From Candidatus Cloacimonadota bacterium (GTDB lineage: Bacteria; Cloacimonadota; Cloacimonadia; G963667145): a stretch of DNA of 64,000 bases. The notes below the pieces were generated by a model. The model ran no database searches, was not told where the DNA came from, and saw nothing but the letters and a program-made list of their open reading frames with translations. Below, one piece after another: positions 31,055 to 41,075 of this stretch (positions are counted from its first letter, which is position 1; every line of letters starts with the position of its first letter). The stretch spans positions 704,001 to 768,000 of the forward strand of contig OY762940.1 in NCBI GenBank assembly GCA_963667255.1. Direction: 5' to 3'. The position numbers and the translations under genes were made by a program.

Positions 31055-32260
31055 ATGATGAGAAAGAGTTTAGGTCTGTTTTTAATATTTGTTTTATTTT
31101 TGGTAGCGTGTGGCAAAAAGTCGGAGGACGCTTTGTTGGCTTCTGCAAAAGGTGTGGAAATCAAGGCGGTTGCTTTGGAGAGAATATTCAACAATTTGCA
31201 AGAGCAAGACAAAGCCAGATTGGCATCCAACAAGTATGAGATGGACAATTTTGTTAAAAATACAGCAGCTCAGCTTGCGTCTATAGATTTAATCGCTATT
31301 AATGCCGAAGGCACTGGAATAAAGGACAGCAAAGAGTTTACGGATAGAGTTAGTCTGGGGAAACAAGAGGTTTTAATCAGAACTTATGTTAATGAAAAGT
31401 TCTTGGGCAAAGACGAAAATATTTCTAACGAGACCTTGCAAGAAGAGTATGAAAAGATAAAGGCTTCTCTGACTGAGGAGCAATTGAAAAATTATCCTGA
31501 GTTTGAGGCTGTGAAAGCACGAATCAAGCAACAGTTGGCTAATCAGAAAGTTCAACAAGAGTTTCAGGCTTTCGTTTCTCCTTTGGCAAATAAGGTGAAA
31601 GTGAACGAAGAGAATCTTCAAAAGATTTGTGACGATTTTTGGGCTGGTAACGATTTGGACAAAGAAATGGTAATTTCCGAAGTTGACGAAAGTGCCGTAA
31701 AAGTTTCCGACTTGTTGTTGTCTCTGGGAGAGCTTTCTTTGGACGATGTCAGAGCTCAGGTGAAGGATAAAGCGGATGCAGAGCAATTTTTCCGCAGATC
31801 CGCCGAAAACTTGGGTATCAATATTCAACTGGGCAAGATTGCCAAAGACGAAGGTTTTGCCAAAAAGGATAAATACAAAGAGGATATCCAAGATTTAGAC
31901 AAAATAATTTTGGTTAATCTTTATCTTAGCAAAGAGATTTTTTCCACAATAAATGTGTCTGATGAGGATGTGAAGGCTGAATATGATAACTTGAAAAAAA
32001 GTAACAAAAAAATTGAGCCTTTGGACAAAATTTTTGACCAAGTGAAAATCAGAGTGGTGGCTATGGTGAGAGAGAAATTGGTTATGGAGTATCTAAACTC
32101 CATGAAAAAAGATATCACTATTTACGAGGGTGCTATCAACGATTTTGTGTATCAACATGTAAATGACGAGGTGAAGGCACAAATTGATAGTGAGAAGAAG
32201 AATGCCGAAAAAGAGGAAGTGGTTGAGAGCGAGGAAGAGACTAAAACTGAATCTGAATAG
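31055..32260 (+). CDS. Lipoprotein with tandem SurA/PrsA-like chaperone domains
   Basis: Lipobox LVAC after an AAGGAG SD; two helical repeats ending [11 protein letters not shown]...[10 protein letters not shown] and [11 protein letters not shown]...PLDKIFDQV. Confidence 0.6.
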   Translation: MMRKSLGLFLIFVLFLVACGKKSEDALLASAKGVEIKAVALERIFNNLQEQDKARLASNKYEMDNFVKNTAAQLASIDLIAINAEGTGIKDSKEFTDRVSLGKQEVLIRTYVNEKFLGKDENISNETLQEEYEKIKASLTEEQLKNYPEFEAVKARIKQQLANQKVQQEFQAFVSPLANKVKVNEENLQKICDDFWAGNDLDKEMVISEVDESAVKVSDLLLSLGELSLDDVRAQVKDKADAEQFFRRSAENLGINIQLGKIAKDEGFAKKDKYKEDIQDLDKIILVNLYLSKEIFSTINVSDEDVKAEYDNLKKSNKKIEPLDKIFDQVKIRVVAMVREKLVMEYLNSMKKDITIYEGAINDFVYQHVNDEVKAQIDSEKKNAEKEEVVESEEETKTESE

Positions 32261-32268
32261 TCTTTGAT

Positions 32269-32688
32269 ATGGAGAAAGTTGTCTTTACAAACGGTTGTTT
32301 CGATATTTTGCATTTCGGGCATGTGGCTTATTTGCAAGAGGCGGCTTCTTTGGGCGACAGATTGGTGGTCGGACTGAATAGCGATGCATCTGTCAAAAGG
32401 CTAAAAGGCGACAATCGACCGATTAATTCCCAAGACGAGAGAAAGGCTGTCCTTGAGGCTCTGTCTTGCGTGGATGAGGTTGTTGTTTTTGATGAAGATA
32501 CCCCTATCGAGCTTATTAAAAAGGTGAAGCCTGATGTTTTGGTTAAAGGTGGTGATTGGTCGCCGGAGCAAATTGTTGGCAGCGATTTTGTGTTGGCACG
32601 AGGTGGAGAGGTCAGAAGCCTTAAATTTGTTGATGGGTTTTCCTCTACCGGAGTGATTGAGAAAATTTTGGAAGTGTATGGAAGATAA
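32269..32688 (+). CDS. rfaE2: D-glycero-beta-D-manno-heptose 1-phosphate adenylyltransferase (stand-alone HldE domain II)
   Basis: [27 protein letters not shown]. Confidence 0.93.
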   Translation: MEKVVFTNGCFDILHFGHVAYLQEAASLGDRLVVGLNSDASVKRLKGDNRPINSQDERKAVLEALSCVDEVVVFDEDTPIELIKKVKPDVLVKGGDWSPEQIVGSDFVLARGGEVRSLKFVDGFSSTGVIEKILEVYGR

Positions 32689-33067
32689 TCAAGAATTTGG
32701 TGTTGTTAAGTCTCGTGAAGGTAAGGTATATACTTTGGAGTTGGGCAATAATAGCGGTTGCCATGGTTGTCTTTTGGCGGGTGTTTGTAATCGTCAGGGG
32801 AAGATTGTAAAGGTCAATTCCGATTTGGAAATGGAGATTGGCGAAAAAGTTTCCTTGGAAGTCAAAGCAAGTGACAGGATTCTTTCCTCTTTCGTCGTTT
32901 TTGTCGTTCCCATTATTTTGATGATATGTTTCTATTTTTTGGGTGGTCTGTTTCTTGATGGGCAAACTAAACCAACTTTCTTCTCCTTCTTGGGACTTAT
33001 TCTCGGGGCTTTGGTTATCAGATTTGTTGATAAGAGAGCTAAAATTGAAGTGGAGATAACGAAATGA
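32678..33067 (+). CDS. RseC/MucC family protein
   Basis: GCHGC...C motif plus two C-terminal TM segments. Confidence 0.75.
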   Translation: MEDNQEFGVVKSREGKVYTLELGNNSGCHGCLLAGVCNRQGKIVKVNSDLEMEIGEKVSLEVKASDRILSSFVVFVVPIILMICFYFLGGLFLDGQTKPTFFSFLGLILGALVIRFVDKRAKIEVEITK

Positions 33068-33789
33068 TTGCCAGTATTATTTTGGCAGCAGGCAAGGGAA
33101 CTCGCATGAATTCCACTCTTCCTAAGGTTGCTATCGATTTTGCGGGTAAACCGATGATTAACAGAGTCATTGAAGTTGCCGAGAGTTTTGGCAGTGAGCG
33201 GATTTGTGTGGTGGTTGGTTACAAAAAAGATATTGTTAAGTCGGTAATAACCGCTCCAAATATTGAGTTTGTTGAGCAAAAACAGCAGTTGGGAACGGGA
33301 GATGCTGTTGGGGTTTGCAGAGACGCTTTGTCGGATTTTGACGGAACTTTGGTTGTTTTGTGTGGAGATACTCCCGTCTTGCAGGCGGAAACGATTACGG
33401 AGCTTATCGATTACCATCAAAGCAGAAAATATAAGTGCACGGTGTTGACGACGAAAATGGATAATCCTGCCAGTTATGGACGAATTGTTCGTGATGTAAA
33501 TGGCGATTTGCAAGAGATAGTGGAGTTCAAGGACGCTTCCGAGCGAGTAAGAAATATAGATGAAATTAATAGCGGGATTTACTGTTTTGATGCTCGGGCA
33601 CTTTTTTCGGCTTTGCAATTGGTGAGGAGCGATAACGCTCAAGGCGAATATTATTTGACGGACACTATAGCCATTTTGAAATCACAAGGTCACAAGGTCG
33701 GAGCTTTTATTTGCAAAAATTCCATAGAGATTACGGGAATTAATTCCATGGATGAGCTGCAAGAGTTGGAGAAATCTTTTCCCGACTAA
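33064..33789 (+). CDS. GlmU-like uridylyltransferase, N-terminal domain only
   Basis: LAAGKGTRMNS, QLGTG, CGDTP, YGRIVR, NAQGEYYLTD; the ORF ends before any hexapeptide acetyltransferase domain. Confidence 0.9.
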   Translation: MIASIILAAGKGTRMNSTLPKVAIDFAGKPMINRVIEVAESFGSERICVVVGYKKDIVKSVITAPNIEFVEQKQQLGTGDAVGVCRDALSDFDGTLVVLCGDTPVLQAETITELIDYHQSRKYKCTVLTTKMDNPASYGRIVRDVNGDLQEIVEFKDASERVRNIDEINSGIYCFDARALFSALQLVRSDNAQGEYYLTDTIAILKSQGHKVGAFICKNSIEITGINSMDELQELEKSFPD

Positions 33790-35759
33790 TTTTGCGGTGT
33801 AATTCTTTTTTCTTTATATAAACTGTAAGCACTTTGCTCTATCGCATAAACCTTTTTGAGTAAAGTTTCCTTTAATTTAGGTTTGTTTTCTATCTCTTCA
33901 TTTTCCCAAAGGCTGTAAAGTTTGGTTTCTTTGTCCCCAAATTCTCCGGTAAGATAGTATCTGCCTTGCAAATACCCGAATTTTGAGTTTCGGACAATCA
34001 CAGCATAATCTTTGGTTTTAGATTTTTCTAATAAATTTTTTCCCCAAAAACTGGCACTATAATTCATATTCAATATTCCCAAAATGGTAGGAGCAATGTC
34101 CATTTGGTTGGCTATGTGTGTGATTTTCTTGGGAGATAAATACTTTGGAGCGTAGAAGAGTGCAGGGACAAAAGATTTTCTATAATCAAAAGGGAAATCA
34201 TGATGAAGAGTCTGCGAGTGGTCCCCGACAAAGACAAAGAGAGTGTTATCAAAATAAGGTTTTGTCTTCATCTTTTTTATAAATTTACCGATGCACCAAT
34301 CGACATATTTAAAAGTGTTGTAGTTGTCGTTTAGCTCGCCTCCGTCCAACACTTGCCCGAAAGCGTAATGAGGGACTGTGTATGGAGGATGGTTTGTCAG
34401 GCTCATCATGGTAAGCAAGAAAGGCTTTTTATCCGAATATGCTTTATCAGCTTTTTCTATGAGTTTATCAAAAACAAATTCGTCGGGAACGCCCCACTTG
34501 GAGATAAAATCTCCTCTATCAAAATCGCTTTGGTCAACAAAATTATCGAATCCCTTGGAGATAAAAAATCCTTTCATATTGTCATATTGCACATCTCCTC
34601 CGTAGCAGAACCAAGTTTGATAACCTTTGTCTTTCAAAACGGAAGCCAAAGTGCTCATCGTTTGTTGCCCTTCAGTTTGATGCATTATGGACTTTCCTAC
34701 AAGCGGTGGCCAAGAGCAAAGAATGGCAGACAGCCCTTTGTTTGTTCTTTGTCCGCAGGAGAAGAATTGCGTGCATAATACGCCATTTTTTGATAGAGCA
34801 TCAAAGTATGGGGTTAGCTTTTTGTCATATCCAGTAGCCCCTGTAAGTTCTGCCGAGAAAGTCTCCAAGATAATTAAGACGACATTTAGTTTTCTCGCTT
34901 TTTTTGATGAAGTAATTCGTTTGTAAAAAGGGAAATTTTCATCGAGATAACCACCTTGGGTTATGTTGTTCTTTACAAAGGAAATAGCGTCTTTATTTGA
35001 GTCGAAGAGTGAAATTTTTTCTTGGAAGTTCTCTTTTGCGGTTTTTTCGGCATAATAGATATTTCGGTAGAGGTTGTAAACAGGGTTGAGTGTCAGTTGG
35101 TTGAGCATATTATTGGTGGAAAAAAAAGCTCCTCCCCAGTTCAGTTGATTGGTGCCGATAGAGCCTCGTGCTGCCACAAAAAGCCCTCCTGCAAAAACCA
35201 AAAAAAACACAAATCTTTTGAGAAGATTCTTGAAAGAAAATTTTGTTTTAATGGGCATGCTTTTTATAACTAAGTGAATGATAAACAAATAGATAAGGGC
35301 AACAATTAAAAAGCCTCCCAAATATTTTAGGATAGGATATTTAGACCAAATCATATCCCACAGCACATCCAAATTACTGTTCAAATATTCGATAGCGGTC
35401 AGATTTAGGTGGGAATTGTATTCGGCAAAAAATTCAACATCGATTAGCGTAAGAGCCAGCACTATCACGAAGATAAGCGAAGGCAAATAGCCCAAAATGA
35501 AGCGGGAAATTTTGGAAAACTCCACACCGAGAAAGGGGATTATGCCGATTAGAAAGAAAGGAGCTATGAGATATGCCAGCAAACTGCAATCCATTTTTGC
35601 ACCGATTAAGAAGGCTTTCAAAAGCTCTTGCCAAGGGATTTCGGGGAAACTGTATTGAAATTTGTAATAGAATAAGCCTCTTGCGAGTGCCAAAAAAATC
35701 AAATCAATTATAAAAAGTTTCAGGAAAAATCTGTAGTTGTAGGGAATTAAATTTCTCAT
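33786..35759 (-). CDS. LTA synthase/sulfatase-fold membrane protein (phosphoglycerol transferase-like)
   Basis: Five N-terminal TM, NVVLIILET, RTNKG (putative catalytic Thr), TNHPPY, VGDH, QMDIAPT. Confidence 0.88.
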   Translation of the reverse strand: MRNLIPYNYRFFLKLFIIDLIFLALARGLFYYKFQYSFPEIPWQELLKAFLIGAKMDCSLLAYLIAPFFLIGIIPFLGVEFSKISRFILGYLPSLIFVIVLALTLIDVEFFAEYNSHLNLTAIEYLNSNLDVLWDMIWSKYPILKYLGGFLIVALIYLFIIHLVIKSMPIKTKFSFKNLLKRFVFFLVFAGGLFVAARGSIGTNQLNWGGAFFSTNNMLNQLTLNPVYNLYRNIYYAEKTAKENFQEKISLFDSNKDAISFVKNNITQGGYLDENFPFYKRITSSKKARKLNVVLIILETFSAELTGATGYDKKLTPYFDALSKNGVLCTQFFSCGQRTNKGLSAILCSWPPLVGKSIMHQTEGQQTMSTLASVLKDKGYQTWFCYGGDVQYDNMKGFFISKGFDNFVDQSDFDRGDFISKWGVPDEFVFDKLIEKADKAYSDKKPFLLTMMSLTNHPPYTVPHYAFGQVLDGGELNDNYNTFKYVDWCIGKFIKKMKTKPYFDNTLFVFVGDHSQTLHHDFPFDYRKSFVPALFYAPKYLSPKKITHIANQMDIAPTILGILNMNYSASFWGKNLLEKSKTKDYAVIVRNSKFGYLQGRYYLTGEFGDKETKLYSLWENEEIENKPKLKETLLKKVYAIEQSAYSLYKEKRITPQN

Positions 35760-36238
35760 AAAATGTTGTCCTTATTAATGAAATTTGTTATTTCTTCTAT
35801 TTCTGTGTTGGCGTTGTAAACAGGCAAAGAGTTGTATTTTAGGAAGCAGTTTGAGTATATTCCGCTCAAAAAATCAACGCCTCGTAAGTCGGCATTGTTC
35901 AGCTCTTTTTCGTCAACTGCACAAAAAATTTTGTAATCGTATTTTTTTTCGAGATTCTCTCCGATTAAAAAATCGGTATCAAGTTTGGATAAAATCTCGC
36001 TAAAGTTCGTTTTTTCGTTCAAGTAAAAAAAAGTATTTTCCGCATCTTGAGCGATGATAGAATCTGCTCCGGCTTGTTTTGCTCTGCCTGTATCGGAGTT
36101 TTTCCTGTCCAACGAGATAGTCGGGGAAAACTTCAGATAGGCGACTTTGCAGTTTTGTTTTTTAAAAAAGTTTATTAATTTCACCGCTGTGGTGGTTTTG
36201 CCGGATTTTTTGGTGCCACAAATAGAAACGATTTTCAT
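35756..36238 (-). CDS. mobB: Molybdopterin-guanine dinucleotide biosynthesis protein B-like
   Basis: GTKKSGKTT P-loop; DTGRAKQAGA. Confidence 0.75.
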   Translation of the reverse strand: MKIVSICGTKKSGKTTTAVKLINFFKKQNCKVAYLKFSPTISLDRKNSDTGRAKQAGADSIIAQDAENTFFYLNEKTNFSEILSKLDTDFLIGENLEKKYDYKIFCAVDEKELNNADLRGVDFLSGIYSNCFLKYNSLPVYNANTEIEEITNFINKDNIL

Positions 36239-37302
36239 TTTTTCTGTAGAAGCTCTTTTATTTTAGCGGTTACTCGTTGAGAAGATTTGTCATCGCAATA
36301 ATCGTAAATCATCCTCTTGTCATCCTCAATAAGTGCCAAGCGTTCATCGTCGGGCTCGCAAACTTTTCCCAAAGCATCGGTTAGTTCTTGCGGAGAGTTT
36401 ATGTGGACAAAACTTTTCAGCCACGAATTGATATCCTCTTGCAATACTGGTTGCCCATCGGAGTGCTTGTCGTTCGTATTGTAAATGATGCCAGACTTAT
36501 TCATCGCCAAAAATTCGTTCATTACGCTCGAACCCTCCGTGATAATCGCATCGGAAGCCACCATATAAGGCATTATGTTTACTTCGGCTTCAGGAACCAA
36601 AATCAAATGCGGATTGTGTTTGGCGATTTTTTCCACAAAGCGATGTTGCTTGTGGCTGGCATATTTCCCTGCCCACGAATACGGATGGAGTTTGATAATT
36701 ACATTGTAATCTTGGCAATTCGCCAGTTCGGGAGTCAGGTCGAAAATGGAAGTCGGCTTGTATGACGGAGCGTAAAGCACTATCTTTTTTTGCGGGTCGA
36801 GCCCCAGTTTTTTTACCACTTCATCGCGACTGTATTTCCCGTTGAACAATTGGTCGAGTTTTGGCAACCCGAGAGCAAAAATGTCGTTGGGGTCTAAATA
36901 CTTCTCCAAAAGCTTTTTGCGATATTGCCCTTCCACGAAGCGAATGTAGCGGACTTTGCCGGCTTGTTCGGCGAGTTTTCTGTATCTTTGAGTTTTGATG
37001 CTGACCGCATGCTCTATATTGCAAAGCAGAGCGTTAGTAAACTCTTGCGGATTTTTCAGAGTGTCGCCACAAATTATGGCATCAAATCCGTGAGTTTGTG
37101 AAGTTATGGGGAAGTCTTTGAAACTTTTGGCAATTTTTTTAGTCTGTGAAAGCAAAAATACACCCCAAAAGCGTTTTTGCATTTTGCCAATTCTCAAGTG
37201 TAACTCAAACTGTGGGTCTTTGCTCATCTCTTCCCAGAGGGGAGCGAAACTCATCCAGTAATACTCTTGGACTAAATCGAAAAGAATTTTGAATTTTTGC
37301 AT
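36235..37302 (-). CDS. CDP-glycerol glycerophosphotransferase (TagB/TagF-like) family protein
   Basis: GLPKLD, VLYAPSY, IKLHP, ITEGSSV. Confidence 0.8.
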   Translation of the reverse strand: MQKFKILFDLVQEYYWMSFAPLWEEMSKDPQFELHLRIGKMQKRFWGVFLLSQTKKIAKSFKDFPITSQTHGFDAIICGDTLKNPQEFTNALLCNIEHAVSIKTQRYRKLAEQAGKVRYIRFVEGQYRKKLLEKYLDPNDIFALGLPKLDQLFNGKYSRDEVVKKLGLDPQKKIVLYAPSYKPTSIFDLTPELANCQDYNVIIKLHPYSWAGKYASHKQHRFVEKIAKHNPHLILVPEAEVNIMPYMVASDAIITEGSSVMNEFLAMNKSGIIYNTNDKHSDGQPVLQEDINSWLKSFVHINSPQELTDALGKVCEPDDERLALIEDDKRMIYDYCDDKSSQRVTAKIKELLQKK

Positions 37303-37304
37303 AA

Positions 37305-38480
37305 TTACTTGCTATTGAGTGCGTTATCCAAAGCTATTATCAAATCGTCGCAATCTTCCAAGCCGATAGACAGGCGAATCATGGAGGGTGTCAGCCCAAA
37401 TTTTGCCAACTCTTCTTGCGGATAGCAGAAGTGTGTCATGGCGGCAGGCACCTCTATCAGCGATTCGCAATCTCCCAAAGAGACGGCTAAGCTGAAGATA
37501 TCCAATTCGTTAGCAAATTTTACGGCTCGGTCTAATCCGCCTTTTATCTCAAAACTGATGATAGCTCCGAACTTTCCCGACATCTGTTTGTCGGCGATTT
37601 CGTGATTTTTGAAATTAGTCAGTCCCGGGTAAGAGACATTTTGCACGGTAGGGTGATTGTTCAGAAACTCCGCAATTTTTTTGGCTGACTCACAGTGTCT
37701 CTCCATTCGTAGTCCCAGAGTTTTTATCCCTCGCAGAGTGAGGAAGGCGTTGAATGGGCTCATCACTCCGCCGAGTTCGCACATATAGTCGAACTTCAGT
37801 TTGTTAATGTATTCCAAATCTTTGGAAATAGCAACTCCGCCCAAAGCATCGCCGTGTCCGCAGAGATATTTGCTGCTACTATGCACCACGACATCGCATC
37901 CCAAGTCCAAAGGATTGGTCAGACAAGGAGTGGCAAAAGTGTTGTCGATTACAACTTTCAGCTTGTTTTTATGGGCGATTTTGCAAATTTCGGCGATGTC
38001 GATTATGTCCAAAGTCGGATTTGCGGGAGTCTCAAAATAAACAACTTTAGTGTTTGGAGTTATTGCATTTTGCAGGTTGAGAGCATCTGTTAAATCGGCG
38101 AATTTGGAAGAAACTTTGTATCTTGGCAAGAGATTGGAAATAACGCTATAAGATGAGCCGTAGATGGTTTTGTGGGCGATTACTTCATCTTGAGGATTGA
38201 GCAGAGAGAGCAGTGTTGATGAGATGGCAGCCATTCCTGAGGCGAAAGCTACCGCCCCTGCTCCGTTTTCCAGTTGAGTCATTTTCTCTTCAAACTCTCG
38301 TAATGTTGGGTTGTTGCCTCTGGTGTAAACAAAGTCGTTGCTCTGAAAATTCATCACCTTTTGCACATCTTCTACAGAGTCGAAGCAAAAAGTGGAACTC
38401 ATTGCTATTGGAGAGTTTAGAGCGTTATACGGATTTTTTCGGTGTTTTGCAAAATGAATGGCTTTGGTATCGAATTTCAT
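37305..38480 (-). CDS. PLP-dependent Cys/Met metabolism enzyme (methionine/cystathionine gamma-lyase family)
   Basis: YTRGNNPT, FASGMAAI, ETPANP, DNTFATP, HSSSKY, AVSLG. Confidence 0.92.
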   Translation of the reverse strand: MKFDTKAIHFAKHRKNPYNALNSPIAMSSTFCFDSVEDVQKVMNFQSNDFVYTRGNNPTLREFEEKMTQLENGAGAVAFASGMAAISSTLLSLLNPQDEVIAHKTIYGSSYSVISNLLPRYKVSSKFADLTDALNLQNAITPNTKVVYFETPANPTLDIIDIAEICKIAHKNKLKVVIDNTFATPCLTNPLDLGCDVVVHSSSKYLCGHGDALGGVAISKDLEYINKLKFDYMCELGGVMSPFNAFLTLRGIKTLGLRMERHCESAKKIAEFLNNHPTVQNVSYPGLTNFKNHEIADKQMSGKFGAIISFEIKGGLDRAVKFANELDIFSLAVSLGDCESLIEVPAAMTHFCYPQEELAKFGLTPSMIRLSIGLEDCDDLIIALDNALNSK

Positions 38481-38610
38481 TCAAGTTCCCTCGTAAATTT
38501 TGTTGTAAACAAGTTTTCGGGATATTAGGTGTCAAGACAAATTATGTTGACAATTAACTTTCAATCTGATGAGTAGGAGAGGACGGGAATGTAAATGGTA
38601 GGAGATAATT

Positions 38611-39864
38611 TTGCAAGAGATAAGAAACAAAATGATGAAAGCGGGTTTGCCCGCGAGAGTTATAGAGGATTTCCTTTTTTATCGGCAATCGGTGTTGAAT
38701 GGCGAGAGCAGTTATTTGCGGGAAAGTGATATTGCCCCTCTAACAGACGATGATTTGGTAAGATACGAGCAATTGGAGTCGTCTGATTATGCACAAGAGA
38801 TAGCGATAATTAAACTGAACGGCGGACTTGGAACTTCGATGGGGTTGACCAAAGCCAAGAGCCTTATCAATGTGAAAGAAGATTTGTCGTTTTTGGATAT
38901 AATCGCCAAGCAAATCCAGTGTGCGGATTGTGACATTCCGCTCATTTTGATGAACAGCTTTGCTACGGAAGAGGACAGTTTGCAATTTTTGAGCAAATAC
39001 GATTTTCTGGCAAAACAGGATTTTCCCCTTAGTTTTTTGCAAAACAAATATCCGCGACTTCTCAGGCAAGATTTGTCTCTGTGCGATTTTGCTGAGGAGC
39101 AGTTGAATTGGTCTCCGCCCGGGCATGGCGATATTTACACTGCGTTGGCTACAAGTGGGTTGTTGGACAGATTGTTGGACAGAGGTGTGAAGTTCGTTTT
39201 CATCTCCAATGTTGACAATTTGGGTGCGTGTTTTGACCCGAAAATCTTGCACTATTTCGTTCAGAGCAAGTTGGATTTGCTGATGGAGGTTTGCACAAGA
39301 ACTCCGATGGACAAAAAAGGTGGTCATCTGGCACGGAAAAACGGGAAATTGATTTTGCGGGAAGTGGCTCAAACCAAAGAAGAAGATTTACCGCATTTTC
39401 AAAATATCGACAAATATAAGTATTTTAACACCAATAGCTTGTGGTTAAATTTGCAATCGCTGAGCAAGATGAAAACGCTTAGATTGCCGTTGATAGTAAA
39501 TCCGAAAACTGTAGAGGGAAAAGAGATTGTTCAACTGGAAACCGCAATGGGTTCTGCTATCTCCGTTTTCGGCAAAACAAAAGCTTTGTTGGTGCCTCGC
39601 ACGCGATTTATGCCTGTGAAAAAGACTAACGATTTGCTACTGATGCGGTCAGATTTTTTTTCGCTTGATAGCAAGTTTAAATTGTTGCCTTACAACGAGA
39701 TTTTGCCGACAATAGAGTTGAATTCCGATTATTACGGGACTTTGGAACAGATGGAAGAGAAATTCAAAATTGTTCCTTCTCTGAAAAAATGTGAAAGCCT
39801 AATTTTAAAAAACGAATATCTGTTTGACAAACCGCAGGAGTTTATTGGTAATTGCATTCTATAA
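38611..39864 (+). CDS. UTP--glucose-1-phosphate uridylyltransferase, eukaryote-like UDPGP family
   Basis: KLNGGLGTSMG, LMNSF, WSPPGHGD, SNVDNLGA, KKGGHL, FNTNSLW, LETAMG, RFMPVK. Confidence 0.92.
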   Translation: MQEIRNKMMKAGLPARVIEDFLFYRQSVLNGESSYLRESDIAPLTDDDLVRYEQLESSDYAQEIAIIKLNGGLGTSMGLTKAKSLINVKEDLSFLDIIAKQIQCADCDIPLILMNSFATEEDSLQFLSKYDFLAKQDFPLSFLQNKYPRLLRQDLSLCDFAEEQLNWSPPGHGDIYTALATSGLLDRLLDRGVKFVFISNVDNLGACFDPKILHYFVQSKLDLLMEVCTRTPMDKKGGHLARKNGKLILREVAQTKEEDLPHFQNIDKYKYFNTNSLWLNLQSLSKMKTLRLPLIVNPKTVEGKEIVQLETAMGSAISVFGKTKALLVPRTRFMPVKKTNDLLLMRSDFFSLDSKFKLLPYNEILPTIELNSDYYGTLEQMEEKFKIVPSLKKCESLILKNEYLFDKPQEFIGNCIL

Positions 39865-39899
39865 TGGATAGAAATATAAACGATTTCAAGGAGAGGGAA

Positions 39900-41075
39900 A
39901 TGTTAAGTAAAAGAGCAACCGATATTAAGTCTTCACCGACCATGGCTGTGGCTGCCAAAGCTAAGCAGATGGTTTCACAAGGTATTGATGTGGTAAATTT
40001 TGGAGTTGGTGAGCCGGATTTCAATACCCCTGATTATATAAAAGAAGCAGGTAAAAAAGCGATTGATGATAATTTCACAAGATATACGCCTGCACCCGGT
40101 ATGCCAGAGTTGAAAAAAGCTATTGCCAAAAAGTTCAAAGAGCAAAACGGTTTGGACTTTGAGCCTGACCAAATAATTGTTTCGCCAGGGGGCAAAGCCA
40201 GCCTGTTTTATTTGATGTTTACCATTTGTGATGAGGGGGAGAAAATAATTGTTCCTGCTCCTTATTGGGTGACATATCCTGCTCAAATCGAGCTTTCACA
40301 AGGGATACCTGTGATTCTTGAGACCAAACAGAAAAATGATTTCAAAATCGATATAAACGAGCTTAAATCTTTGGTAGCCAAAGAGGGTAAGATAAAAGCG
40401 ATTATCATTAACTCTCCGTCCAATCCTACCGGTGCTGTATATACCAAAGAGGAGTTGAAAGCTATTGGCGATTTTTGTGTTGAGAAAAATATTTTGATTA
40501 TTTCCGATGAGATATATGAAGAGCTTGTTTACGAAGGCAAACATGTATCGATTGCCGAGTGTTCGGACGAAATCAAAAAATTGACTGTAGTTGTGAACGG
40601 AGCTTCCAAAGCGTATGCGATGACAGGCTGGCGTTTGGGATATACAGCCGGTCCAAAAGAGATTATCACCAAGATGGGTAGTATCCAGTCGCAAGTTTCT
40701 TCCAATGTCAACTCTATCAGCCAAAAAGCTTTCATCACAGCTTTGGAAGTGAAAACTGACGATATTGACAAGATGCGAACAGAGTTTGCAACTCGAAGAA
40801 AGTTTATGATATCCGAGTTCAACAAAATCGACGGAATCAAATGCTCTATGCCTACAGGGGCTTTTTATGCTTTCCCCGATATTTCCGCTTATCTCGGCAC
40901 TAAAGTGAAAGATGACTTGGAGTTTTGTAATTATATGCTGGAGAATTTTCACATTGCCATCGTTCCGGGTTCTGCATTCGGTGCTCTGGGGTGCGTGAGA
41001 TTCTCTTATGCCAATTCCATGGAAAACTTGGTTGAAGGTATCAAGAGGTTTAAAGAAGGATTAAAAAGCCTATAA
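39900..41075 (+). CDS. aspC: Aspartate aminotransferase (class I/II PLP)
   Basis: GEPDF, NSPSNPTG, SDEIY, SKAYAMTGWRLG; start moved to ATG 39900. Confidence 0.9.
   Translation: MLSKRATDIKSSPTMAVAAKAKQMVSQGIDVVNFGVGEPDFNTPDYIKEAGKKAIDDNFTRYTPAPGMPELKKAIAKKFKEQNGLDFEPDQIIVSPGGKASLFYLMFTICDEGEKIIVPAPYWVTYPAQIELSQGIPVILETKQKNDFKIDINELKSLVAKEGKIKAIIINSPSNPTGAVYTKEELKAIGDFCVEKNILIISDEIYEELVYEGKHVSIAECSDEIKKLTVVVNGASKAYAMTGWRLGYTAGPKEIITKMGSIQSQVSSNVNSISQKAFITALEVKTDDIDKMRTEFATRRKFMISEFNKIDGIKCSMPTGAFYAFPDISAYLGTKVKDDLEFCNYMLENFHIAIVPGSAFGALGCVRFSYANSMENLVEGIKRFKEGLKSL

Noticed and set aside
38481..38610. SAM riboswitch or T-box upstream of the Cys/Met lyase
   Set aside because: The intergenic region is short and AT-rich, with no recognisable conserved elements.
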